A stretch of DNA of 64,000 nucleotides from Nemertoderma westbladi (Eukaryota > Animalia > Xenacoelomorpha): the NCBI GenBank assembly GCA_032718475.1, contig JAUCBJ010001139.1, forward strand, positions 27,256-91,255, in the 5' to 3' direction. Shown piece by piece: positions 37,343-48,772 of the stretch. Under the pieces are notes generated by a model. The model had not been told where the DNA came from, searched no databases, and saw only the letters and a program-made list of their open reading frames with translations. The translations under genes were made by a program, and so were the position numbers. The number at the start of each line of letters is the position of its first letter. Position 1 is the first letter of the stretch.

Positions 37343-37403
37343 ACCTGTGGCCTAGTGGTTGTAGTCTCGGCTTCCACCTCGAGGTCCCAGGTTCGAATCC
37401 GAC
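37343..37403 (+). ncRNA. tRNA-Gly(TCC)-like Pol III head without a complete acceptor stem
   Basis: A box TGGCCTAGTGG 37348-37358, anticodon loop CTTCCAC, B box GGTTCGAATCC 37390-37400. Confidence 0.75.
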
Positions 37404-37446
37404 ACCACGCTGATGAGACCCAGTAAGGTCGAAACGCGTACGTGGT
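37404..37446 (+). ncRNA. Minimal Type I hammerhead ribozyme
   Basis: Stem I ACCACG/CGTGGT, CTGATGA, stem II GACC-cagtaa-GGTC, GAAA, palindromic CGCG stem III, GUA cleavage triplet ending at 37440. Confidence 0.88.
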
Positions 37447-37929
37447 TTGGAGAGATATGAGATATTAATTTCAAAAAAAATTACGCGATTCCTAAATTTG
37501 TACACTACCCGGTTAAAAAGTACGCATGTGATGGGATTAGTCCTACAATTGCGCCAATAAAAGATAAGTTATTTTTCGGCAAAATAAACTTATCATTCGA
37601 GGTTAAGACCCCTAGATTCCTTACTATAATAAATACCTCGAAAAATACATCTTGCCACCACATTGTTACTACCAATAATAATAAAACATAATAATATGGT
37701 ATATTGTTCCAAAAAGGCTACATAGGGTTTTTTTCACGATATTGAGACCTGCAAGGGGTGGAGATACGGTAAACCGGACAACACCGCGAGAAAGAGCACC
37801 CCCGACTTGCCCAGAATCGATCAAAATCGAAAAAAAATGTTGCTTAATCGGTCCAATGGATCAATATAGTTATCACTATCGCGATTAATGACACGCGTAA
37901 TCTTTATGGTTATAAAAATAACACCTTAA

Positions 37930-38649
37930 GGGGGGTACACCATTTTCGGACAACTCTTCGATTTATCACTCTCAGCGTTTCGAAATTGTTTGGTTTTGGC
38001 TATAATTTGGAATATAGGTACCTAAGATGCTATTCTACTGGACAGGGTCAGAAAAATTTGATTATTCGCTAATTAATATTAGATAATACTAGTTAACAAT
38101 AAAAAACTTAGTTGCGTTTAAAACCCTAACTTTTTACAGTTTTGAATACAATCACATGAAAGTTTTTTATATGATAGATCAAAGATGGGGCAACATAACT
38201 ATCAGGGGAAATTTTGTGAAAATAATTCTGCACCGCTAGGTGGCGCTGCAAATTTACGCAATTTTTTTTAGGTTTGTTATAAATAGTATTAAATTTTATT
38301 AACAAAAAATTTCGAAAAGTTGTCTGATACTATTATGCAGGGTGGCCATGTAGACACCCACAGAAAGTTTCAGACTAATTACTTACAAATTGTAGAAGTA
38401 GTCGGGTTTTGAAGTTGACAATTTCATAAAAAGAATAGTTGGAGATAATCGACCTTTCATTGTACATAGTAATAGTAATTTCAATAGGAATCCCTAAATG
38501 GAAATTGTTATAACTTGAAAACTAAAAGAGCTATTAAATAGCGGTTTTCAGATTTGGAAACACCATTTAATCGTGCATTATAATAAATCATAAAAATAAT
38601 TTCGACATATTTTGGACCAAAATTGTGTACCCCCCCCCCCCCCCCCCCC
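37930..38649. mobile_element. Kolobok-like non-autonomous element
   Basis: ttaa|ggggggtacaccatttt ... aaaattgtgtaccccc|taa; right TSD imperfect. Confidence 0.7.
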
Positions 38650-39751
38650 TAATTATAATTGTTGCCGTTTCAGAGAATTTCTTTCATAATTGGTAAAGAT
38701 ACTCACATGTGTGGAGGGGAACAATTGGTCAAAATTGTTTTTGGAGTCCAAGGGCCACCCTGCAGGCACAACCATTGATATCATAGAACAGATATGCCTG
38801 TGCATGATGTTGTTCCGCGGCAGCAGCCTGGTGAGGGGAAATGGTGAGGGGAAATGTCGGGGTTAGACCTTCCCGAAAGCCTGCGATGAGATAGCAGTTT
38901 AGAAAAGAGCCGAACTGTGGCGTTTTTGTGCTGCAGGTAATGAATGCTAGTTGTCTGTTTTAATTTATGTATGTTGGCATGTTGGGTCTCCCCAACAATC
39001 ATAAGATAATTTAAATCATATTATTATATGCAATAACTACATAACATCACAACTGCGACAAAGTAATGATTTTACAAATTTGAGGAAAAAAAGTAAATTC
39101 AGTAACCAAAATGTAGGTACAAAAATGTAATAAATTAAACAAGAATTAATATATCAAATAATACTCACTATTAGAGACGCAATAACAAAATTAGAAAAAA
39201 AATTATGTTTGATTTTTAATTTCTTCATATCTTATTATAAATTCCGTTCTCCGCACATAATGAATCGCCAGAAATACGAACAAAGGTCTGGTACAATAAT
39301 GACATTTACACAGCTTATTCTGTTTGGAATTTTGCATCTATTGTCGCGTAAATCTGACAATTCGTTGTCAGTCTTTCTGTCCGTCAACTTAAAACCCATC
39401 GAATACAGAATTCTTATCGATTTATATTTGCGGAAAAAGCCTGTAATATTTACTAGCAACGCGCTGTATATCGTAGGATAATTATTAAATTACTATAAAA
39501 AAAATTATGATATTAATTATCAATAAATACGTGTAAGAATAGTTAAAGAACTGCAACGCATCAACGGGGGTTTCAATAAAATCCACGATTATTGTAACGA
39601 ACATCAGCGTACATCAGCAGCACAAACACATCGCTACCGGTAGTACAAAAAATAACATGGCCATGGCAGATAACTCACCATAAAATAATAAGTATAATAT
39701 GGAATATAAATAATAAATACACCCCCCCCCCCCCCCCTGGTCGACCCATGC

Positions 39752-40384
39752 CTAGACACATGCGATAACCAGAATGGTTATTATCAGGAGCACAATAATC
39801 ACGATTAGCACGCAGTTACCGCTCTTTACAGATACAGTTGTAACGCTGCGAGTCTCTCCGACGAGTTTAGTGTCAACCTTGTTAACATGGCCGGTGATAT
39901 CATCGATCATTCGGTTCTGTGACTCAACCTCGTCGCCTATCAGCAGCCCGACTTGCTTCTGTCGGTTCAGAGCCGCGCTCAGCGCTTCCAGACCCTTGTC
40001 CTGGTCTGAGAGCATTTGCTGTTGGTGCTGTTTGATCTCCTCTGAGTCCAGTCCGTCTAGTCTCGGCCCTGCTGTCTCTTCCGTAGTCCACGGATTCGGT
40101 GGTGAGTAACCGAACCCGACTGTATCATGGTCATCATCGTCGCTCAGCTGTTTGAAACGGCTAGTCAGCTGGGTGAGGAGGTTCTCTCGTCTGTTCTGCT
40201 CGTAGGGTGTTAACCGGTTGCCGTGCCGGATCAGGGATTGCTCGAGGTTACGACACGAAGCCCCGAGTTTATTTATCGAGGAGTCTATGTAGCCCCGTGG
40301 TTGTCCCGATTGAATGTGTTGGGTTATTTGTTGGGACAGTTGGTTGGCCCGTTGGTATTCGTCCATCCATCGTTCAGTATCCAT
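39752..40384 (-). CDS. STX8: Syntaxin-8 (Qc-SNARE), intronless, 210 aa from MDTERW
   Basis: N-terminal W motif, E..RRENLL, SNARE coil QDKGLEALS...GDEVESQNRMIDD, KSGNC before a C-terminal TM helix. Confidence 0.9.
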   Translation of the reverse strand: MDTERWMDEYQRANQLSQQITQHIQSGQPRGYIDSSINKLGASCRNLEQSLIRHGNRLTPYEQNRRENLLTQLTSRFKQLSDDDDHDTVGFGYSPPNPWTTEETAGPRLDGLDSEEIKQHQQQMLSDQDKGLEALSAALNRQKQVGLLIGDEVESQNRMIDDITGHVNKVDTKLVGETRSVTTVSVKSGNCVLIVIIVLLIITILVIACV

Positions 40385-40594
40385 TATATCAGACCTAATC
40401 AACTCTTCTATTGCTACTCTTGTACTCCAGTACAGTACTCTGAATACGAATGCAGTAATGTTCTGCTGTTTGTTAGTTTTAGTTAGGCCTACTGTCTGAC
40501 TAACTGACTGTACTCCATGCACCATGAGAATAACATGGATAAGCAAAGAAATTCTAATTTATGTTTATATGTACCGTTATTGAGTTGCTGTGTT

Positions 40595-42005
40595 ATGGCT
40601 ACGAATCAGGTACTGGTAAAAACTAAAACTAAAACTAATGGAACTTCAAAAACGCGACAATCAGTTGGCTCGACCTCGATTGCAAGAAATTCTAACAGTT
40701 TCTCTTTGTTGAGTCAGTCTGCGGGTGACGAAGACGAAGAGTGTGTGACTTGTCATAAGCGAGTAATCCACAACGGCCTACAGTGTCACCAGTCTGCCAG
40801 TGTCGCAGTGTGGGAATTGGGAACACTCCAATCACTCGAAAATCCCTGCAAATGTCTACAATCTTCTGGGGACTCTGGATTGTTTAGTATATCTTTGCAT
40901 ATCATGCCGAAAACTTCCAGTGACTTTATCCAAAACTAGAACTATCACTACCGTTGACTCTAAGCTGGATGCATTGTGTACCCAACTTGGAGACCTGCAG
41001 AAGTTCCTACTTGGCCACAATGACCATGATGCCAAGTTGGATTCACCTGCAACTCTTGAGGATGAAGACAGTAATACGAAATCAACTGAGGCAGCTTCCT
41101 CCTGGAAGTAACAACAATCTCGCAATAATAATAAGAGAAAGAAACCCTCAGTTACAGTCCAGTCCAATGAGGATAGCTCCATGGCCACTCCTCTGCGCGC
41201 ACATAACCTGGAGGAGAAAATACAAGTATGTATGGAAAATGCCTTGAGATCTAACGCACAATCCCAAGAAGTAGCAAAGACAGTCTATGTTGAGAACATG
41301 CCAGACTCTGACAGCAAGGACGCTGACAATACGTACTTCACCCGGGTGCTAAATCATATTAACTGTAGTTCAGTGAAATCCTTTAATCTTCGGCGACTCA
41401 AGAAATCCCAAATACAGAGGAATCCGGGATTGGTTGAAGTGACATTTTCGACTTCTCCTGAAGCTGATTTGGTGCTCTCTAAGTGTCGTACTCTATCTTC
41501 AAGCAATGAATTCAAACGAATTTTCATTCGGCCAGACATATCCTCCAGTGTTAGGCAACATAGAGATATTCTTCGAGCCCACGTATATCTCTCCAGGATT
41601 TCGCCATCTGCGATGCAATCTGCGCATCAGCTATCAGTAGTTTATGATTCGCGCGATGGAACCTACTCACTCCGAACAAGACAGGACACTGGAAAAATTG
41701 ATAGGAGTTCTAGAGTCCAGTTGAACGAGGCAGAGTATCTTGCTGCCAAACATCATTTCGAAACCCGACGTAAAACTCCAACAGCTAGGAAATCTGTTGG
41801 AAATACAACAGTACCAAGGAAATCAGGGACAACTGCGCATTACAATATTCCCGTACCAATGGTATCTAGTCCCCAGGTCTCTAGAATCTCTGACGTCTCT
41901 GTCTTTCAGGAATCTGAAACCCCAGGGGATCTGGTAGTCGATCTCCTGATCAATCGGAAAACGGGAACACGGAGACATCACATATTTAGGAACAATGAGA
42001 AATGA
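40595..42005 (+). pseudogene. LINE ORF1 (PHD-like finger, coiled coil, RRM-like region), disrupted
   Basis: CVTCHK...GLQC and YLCISC in different frames; KRIFIRPD motif. Confidence 0.8.
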
Positions 42006-44876
42006 AACACCTAATTGTACAAGCGATTATCTTTGCTACTACACAAATGTCCAATCCCTCGGGAGTGTTGCTAAACAATCTGAGCTTGATGTTATGCTAT
42101 CTTCTTGTAAATACTCTGTCATTGGACTAACTGAAACTGATCTACACCCACCAACCCCAGACTCTGCTGTTCTAGGTGTCTATCAAGATGTCTACGAGAT
42201 ATTCCGTTGCGATCGATCTGACCGTTCTATGGGTGGAGCAGCACTAATCTGCAAACGGTCTCTCCAACCCTTAGAGGTACAAATTCCTGAGAAGTTTAGC
42301 GAAGTCGAATGCGTCATTCTCGACAGCAACGCGGGTGATAAAGTGCGATTTGCCTGTATATACAGGCCACCTGATACTTGTTACAAGGATAGAACCTCGT
42401 TGTATAGATACAATAGTTTAACATGTAGTTTAATGGATTGGTTATGTGATGTTGCACACCCTACTATTATTGTAGGGGATTTTAATTATCCGGATTTTAA
42501 TTGGTCCGATCGCGGCAATAATGGATGTGTTATTACTTCGGAATTTAGTGAAGTTTTGATACGTAATAATTTAACTCAATATATTGATTTCCCTACAAGG
42601 GGAAACAATATTCTCGATCTCCTTCTCTGTTCAGATGAGGATCAAATTTTTAATGTAAATAGTGAACCGCATTTTGGAAGTAGTGATCACTCTGCCTTTT
42701 CTTTTAATTTAGCATGTGCGTCACTGATTGAAGAAAGTCAATCTGGCACACATTTTTGATTTCGTAAAATGGACCTTAGGACCTTCTAGGCATTAAGTCA
42801 CACTTAGAAAGTATTGATTGGAATAACTTATTCAGTAATGGTAACTCTGCTCAATCATGTTGGGACGAGTTCCATGGTGAATTATTATCAGCTTTTGACC
42901 GTTTTGTACCTAAGTTTACACCTAGTAGAAACCCCCGCAGGCACCCTCTGCACATCCGAAGACTGTTAGCTAGAAAGCGGCGCCTCTGGAGGAAAATAAC
43001 TTCAACTCCAAATGGCACCTCGATCTATCGCGAACATAGTCAACGTTGTTCAGCAGCTATGCGGGAATTTTCTTGTAAACAGGAATTTAATGTGCTAAAT
43101 TGTGGTGACAGAAATGCATTCTATAAATATGTTAATAAGAGAAAACAGGGTTATAGTTCAGTATCGCCCCTTCTAAAGTCAGATGGTACCACTGCTCTAT
43201 CAGATTCTGATAAGGCCGAATGCCTCAGTGAACAATACTCCTCGGTTGGTGTTAATGATAACAAGTCATGCCCCACTGTAAACGCAATTACTGACTCTGT
43301 TTTCTCAGAAATTAATTTCTCTCCAAGTAAGGTGTGTAAAGCCCTAAGTAAACTGCCAGCTAAATATAGTCACTGCCCTGATGGCATCCCTGCGGCAATT
43401 CTTAAACTACTGAGATGTGAAATATCATATCCACTAAGTTATCTTTTCCAAGTTTCACTAGATACTGGAGAAGTACCAGATATTTGGAAATGTGCGGATA
43501 TAATTCCGAGTTTTAAAAAAGGTAAACGCAATATAGCTGGAAATTATCGCCCTATTTCACTGACCTCAGCAGTTTGCCGTTTATTTGAACGCATTTTGGT
43601 GCTAGAAATGGTTGATTATCTTTTACAGAATAACCTTTTATCTGCTCAACAATTTGGATTTTTACGTAACCGTAGTACGATTTTGCAGTTAATTGATTGT
43701 ACTTTTCATTGGTCAAATAATTTAAATAACCAGCAATTTACTGATATTGTATATATAGACTATGCTAAGGCATTTGATTCTGTCGTCACTACCAAGTTAC
43801 TAGAAAAAATGAAATCGTTTGGTATTTCTGGTAAAGTGCTTAACTGGTTTAAATGCTTTTTAACCGGTCGTATCCAAAGGGTCAAGGTTCGTAATAGTTA
43901 TTCATCCTACCGAAGAGTTATATCAGGGGTACCACCGGGGTCCTGTAGTGGGCCGCTGCTATTTCTTATGTTTGTCAATGATATGCCAGGTATATTTACA
44001 GAGGAGACCAGTGCTAGACTGTTCGCTGATGACACAAAATTATTTGCATCATTTGGTTATAGTGACGATCGTAACTTATTACAATCGAACCTGGATACAT
44101 TTTCGAACTGGTCAAATATCTGGCAACTTAACGTTGCAGGTGACAAATGCAAGGTGCTTACTTTAGGTAACTGTAATTGTGGTGCTAACTATAATATAAA
44201 CATTAAGGTGTTAGAAAATGTTCTATCCTATCGTGATCTAGGTGTTGAAGTAGATACGAAACTTTATTTTAAGGACCACATAGATAATATAGTAGCCAAA
44301 TGCTATAAAACAATTAATTTAATATTTAGATGCTTTGTTACCAATGATATCAGTGCTCTTCTATTTGCCTACAAAGTTTATGCTAGACCACTCGTAGAGT
44401 ATGCAAGTGCAGTGTGAAACCCATTTATATCTTGTAAGCCCTTTATTGGCTTATGTGACAAACTGGAATCGGTGCAGCGATACTTCACAATGCGTTTATT
44501 TAAGAGGTGCTCACTAGATGCAAGTATTCCATATCCAAACAGGTTAAACTTTCTAAAATTAGAAGCACTAGAACTGCGCCGTATCCACTTTGATGTGATC
44601 CTTGTGTATAAAATATTTAATGGTCTAGTAAATATTAGTCCTACTGATATTTTTAAACCCGTACCTGCATCACGATCAACACGCGGCCACACATGTAAAT
44701 TACAACAATTATCGTGCCGATCAGTAGCTGTACAAAATACTTTCTGTAATCGTGTTGTGAAGCCATGGAATTATATTCCCTTAGATACAATAACATCACC
44801 TACTTTAGAACAATTTAAGTCTGGTATATCTGCAATGAATTTTAATAGTTTTCTTAAATTTGATCGTTTTATGTAA
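41995..44876 (+). pseudogene. LINE ORF2 (APE endonuclease plus reverse transcriptase) with stops
   Basis: YTNVQS, LTET, IYRPP, GDFN, SDH; NYRPISLTS, DYAKAFD, SGVPPGS, FADDTK, TRGH. Confidence 0.95.
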
Positions 44877-45451
44877 CTACACTTTTAAATGGTATTTTAT
44901 GTTTAACTAAAGTTTTATTTAATTCTGCTCAAGATGCGTTCAGATCTTATTTTATTCTGTTATTTTATGTACTAAATATTATTTACATACAGTACTTACT
45001 TACTTTACTTTCGTGCCATAGCATAAGTCGCCCAGCTGTATTACTGTTTATTTTAATGTGTTACCTGTTTATGTTATATTTTAATGTGTACTTTCGCTGC
45101 TATGACCGTGATGTCTCCGGACTCCGAATAATATAATATATAATATAACCCAGTGAGTGGAACTGCATGGTAGTAGTAGCCTGATAACGCTAATACAGTA
45201 ATATGCATAGGCCTACTGTAATGTACTGTAGTAGGCCTACGATTTAACTTAAGGTATGCTTGTACAGTGGTATATGGGAATGTTTTTTAGTCAATGGTGA
45301 ATGGGGCTCTATCGCTCTATCACAGGCGCCACTTTTTATATTTAAATGGGAAAGAAGTCGAAATGATGCCGTTCGTGGCGTATCTATAATTATAACTTCA
45401 GGGATAGTGACTGTAGAAAGGCTCTAATGCCACGGTTAAAAAAACAGTTTC

Positions 45452-45495
45452 TATTTATATAGCTATTTCATCCTCACGGACGTCTTCAGTAAATA
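45452..45495 (-). ncRNA. Minimal Type I hammerhead ribozyme (inverted copy)
   Basis: TATTTA CTGAAGA c GTCC gtga GGAT GAAA TAGCTA TA TAAATA on the minus strand. Confidence 0.8.
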
Positions 45496-45512
45496 AATTA
45501 AAATAACCCGGA

Positions 45513-45663
45513 GGTGCTATTGCTTCAACATTTCAGTAGCTGTAATAATTACGAAGTAACATGCGTCCAGCAATTTCGTAACCACCAGCGTCGTATTCAT
45601 ACTGAAGCATTACTCATTAATTGCCACCGCCCACCCCTCAATAAACTGGTACCACTTCTATAG
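45513..45663 (+). pseudogene. C-terminus of a Penelope-type GIY-YIG endonuclease
   Basis: QHFSSCNNYEVTCVQQFRNHQRRIHTEALLINCHRPPLNK (E-x-x-x-I...P-x-L-N motif). Confidence 0.7.
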
Positions 45664-46418
45664 AATGAAACTTCGACCCGATGGCTCGCCCCCACCTAAC
45701 ATTTGGATGTAACAAACTCACACCACCTCTAATAATTAATTAACTGTGCAGTACGCTCTACTTGCTGAAATATACATTGTGTCAGCCAGCTGTAATGTAC
45801 GTACTATAGCCGAACATATTAGTATTTAATAGGAAATACCAAAACAAAAACTTTTTTAAAAATTGTAATATGTAATCTTGTAGGGATTCCTTTTATTTAG
45901 TAACAGTAATATGTGTCCTTTTATCCCCCTCAATTTTATGCAGCTCATGGCTTAGGTATTCTTTCCCTTCTTTTAAATATATTTTTTAATGATTTTTTAT
46001 TTCAGAACCAACATTTTTTAGAATTTTTTTACCCTTTTACCAGCCTCACTTTTATTTGTAATTCAACGACTTAATATTGGAACCAACAATTTTTAACAAT
46101 TTTTAATCATTTAATGGTTTTAACGTTACCCACCCTTTTTACACCTCTTCATTTAGCACCCTTTTTATTTTTATTTTTAATTCTTAAATTTAATATTGAA
46201 CGTCTAATACCTTAACAACACATGTAGCCTACAATTCTATCTCTAGGCATACATACAGTATTACAGTATGATAAATCTAAATATGTTAATCTAATACATC
46301 CTATCATACTGTCTAATGTCTATATCGGAATTTGGTGGCATAATAATTGGTTGTACCGTACGTTAAATTTAATATGATGGTTTAGGTTTATAAATTGTGT
46401 TTTAATGTTATTTTAATT

Positions 46419-46462
46419 TATTTACTGAAGACGTCCGTGAGGATGAAATGGCCATATAAATA
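46419..46462 (+). ncRNA. Minimal Type I hammerhead ribozyme
   Basis: TATTTA CTGAAGA c GTCC gtga GGAT GAAA TGGCCA TA TAAATA. Confidence 0.8.
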
Positions 46463-46773
46463 GAAACTGTTTTCGTTAACCGTGGCATTAGACCCTTTCT
46501 ACAGTCATTATCCCTGAACTTTTTATGGAAAACATAAAGCATTATTTTACTTGGCTGACTTGGCTTACTTAATGGCGTGGATTTTGGGGTTTTTGTAGGT
46601 ATACTGACTGGGATATTGGTTTGTTTTTAGGGTTAGGGTTTATTGGTCAAGCATAAACCATAATTAAAGCAGTAATTTAACTTTAACCCTAAGTCATGAT
46701 GCTCTCATCTAAGAAATTTTGTGGAAGTTCGAACTTTTTGCTATTGACCCGATGGCCAATATAGTGGGGTTGC

Positions 46774-47235
46774 TTAAGGTGAAAATCGTTAATTGCCGGA
46801 CAAAAGCATGAAAATATGACTATATATGTAAAAAAATGTGTAGATTAATCTGAGCCTGTGTACCCAAAAAATTGACTACTTCCCTAGCAACAGAGTGACT
46901 TTTACATAGCAACCGGGTAAAATTGGTCATTTCTGTTATTGAAACTCACCATATACAAAAATTACGATTATATAACTGGTTTAGTTTATAATATAAGTCT
47001 GTAGACGTTTCCATAGCAACAAGGATACCTTTACCTAGCAACCGCTCTATATTTAATGGAATTATGATTGAAACTTGGGATAATCAACCTGACTAGCAAT
47101 AGAAGATGGTTAGTGATGACATAGGCGCTGATACACGTTTCCTTAGTAACCGGGGACCTTTCCCTAGCAACCGCTGTATATTTAATGAAATTATGATTGA
47201 AACTTGGGATAATCAACCTGTCTAGCAATATAAGA
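46774..47235. mobile_element. Truncated Kolobok-like element
   Basis: ttaa|ggtg start, repeated tagcaac motifs, internal duplication of about 120 bp. Confidence 0.4.
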
Positions 47236-47626
47236 TTTTTTTACCCTTTTACCAGCCTCACTTTTATTTGTAAATTTGTAATTCAACGACTTAATATTGG
47301 AACCAACAATTTTTAACAATCTTTAATCATTTAATGGTTTTAACGTTACCCACCCTTTTTACACCTCTTCATTTAGCACCATTTTTATTTTTTATTTTTA
47401 AATTTTTAACAGTTGAACGTCTAATACCTTAACAACACATGTAGCCTACAATTCTATCTCGGCCTACATACAGTATTATGATAAATCTAAATATGTTAAT
47501 CTAATACATCCTATCATACTGTCTATATCGGAATTTGGTGGCATAATAATTGGTTGTACTGTACCGTACGTTAAATTTAATATGATGGTTTAGGTTTATA
47601 AATTGTGTTTTAATGTTATTTTAATT

Positions 47627-47670
47627 TATTTACTGAAGACGTCCGTGAGGATGTAATGGCCATATAAATA
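47627..47670 (+). ncRNA. Hammerhead copy with GAAA>GTAA core mutation, probably inactive
   Basis: Identical to 46419-46462 except ggatgtaatggcc. Confidence 0.7.
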
Positions 47671-48354
47671 GAAACTGTTTTCGTTAACCGTGGCATTAGA
47701 CCCTTTCTACAGTCATTATCCCTGAACTTTTTATGGAAAACATAAAGCATTATTTTACTTGGCTGACTTGGCTTACTAATGGCGTGGATTTTGGGGTTTT
47801 TGTAGGTATACTGACTGGGATATTGGTTTGTTTTTAGGGTTAGGGTTTATTGGTCAAGCACAAACCATAATTAAAGCAGTAATTTAACTTTAACCCTAAG
47901 TCATGATGCTCTCATCTAAGAAATTTTGTGGAAGTTCGAACTTTTTGCTATTGACCCGATGGCCAATAATAGCAAAAAGTACACTATTAATTGCTATTAA
48001 TTACGCTATTAATTGAATGTACAGAATAGCGTATTTACTCTGGCCAGGCAAAGGCACACAACCTCTGAAATCGTGGGAGGGTCACTTTACTTGCTGCACA
48101 GTACCAGTGTACAGTACCAGTACTGCAGTACACAGTCCTGTACCCTGGTACCATAATTGGCGTATGGTGTAATTAGCTAACTGCGGAAGCAGTCTGGCTG
48201 GTCTGTTGCCCGCCCAAGGCAACCAAGCTAAAATTCGCGCCAGCCTATGGCGACGCCACTCGTCGACGAGGCCGACGAACCAGGGCACGGCGGACAGCTC
48301 AGTCGGGACGCCGCGTATACTGGTATAGCCGATCAGTTGCGGGTCATTTGGACG

Positions 48355-48681
48355 GCATTCCGCGCTATGTATTCAATTAAACTAAGCCTAATTATATTTT
48401 TGCACTTTTGTAGTTCAGTAGTTTCCTCCCCACATTTTAATTGTGTCATTGTTTTCCTGTATACAAAAGTAGCCTACTGCAGTACTGGTACAATATACAT
48501 AGGCTATATTGTGTACAGCATTCGGCGCTATGTGTTCAATTAAACTAAGCCTAATTATATTTATGGCACTTTTGTAGTTCGGTAGTTTCCTCCCCACATT
48601 TTAATTTTGTTATTGTTTTCCTGTATATGGTATACAAAAGTAGCCTACTGGTACAAAGTACGTAGGCTATATTGTGTACAG
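48355..48681. repeat. About 163-bp tandem duplication upstream of the transposase
   Basis: gcgctatgt.ttcaattaaactaagcc...tgtgtacag occurs twice. Confidence 0.85.
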
Positions 48682-48772
48682 TAGATTAATCCATATAACG
48701 ATTATAACGAATCATTATAACGAATCATATTCAATTATAACGAACTAATCTCGGAAATGTAAAAACTTAACA

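Larger units (their letters stand above)
40510..45148 (+). mobile_element. Near full-length inactivated CR1-clade LINE
   Basis: ORF1, ORF2, 3' UTR and (ATAAT)n tail; 5' boundary approximate. Confidence 0.92.
45397..46518 (+). mobile_element. 5'-truncated Penelope-like element with inverted terminal segment
   Basis: 45397-45507 is the reverse complement of about 46407-46518; GIY-YIG C-terminus; hammerhead motifs in both copies. Confidence 0.8.
46024..47968. repeat. About 735-bp direct duplication (46024-46761 and 47236-47968)
   Basis: Near-identical copies separated by about 470 bp of another element. Confidence 0.92.

Noticed and set aside
37343-37410. Functional tRNA-Gly gene
   Set aside because: The acceptor stem does not form and the 3' end is replaced by the hammerhead
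40385-40546. 54-aa N-terminal extension of STX8 in the ORF track
   Set aside because: Similarity to syntaxin-8 starts at MDTERW and the extension runs into the LINE 5' region
46627-46640. Telomeric TTAGGG repeats near the Penelope element
   Set aside because: Only two units; consistent with chance or MITE sequence
48152-48180. Similarity to the reverse complement of the 38-bp satellite unit
   Set aside because: Only 11 exact bases in AT-rich DNA; cannot be separated from chance
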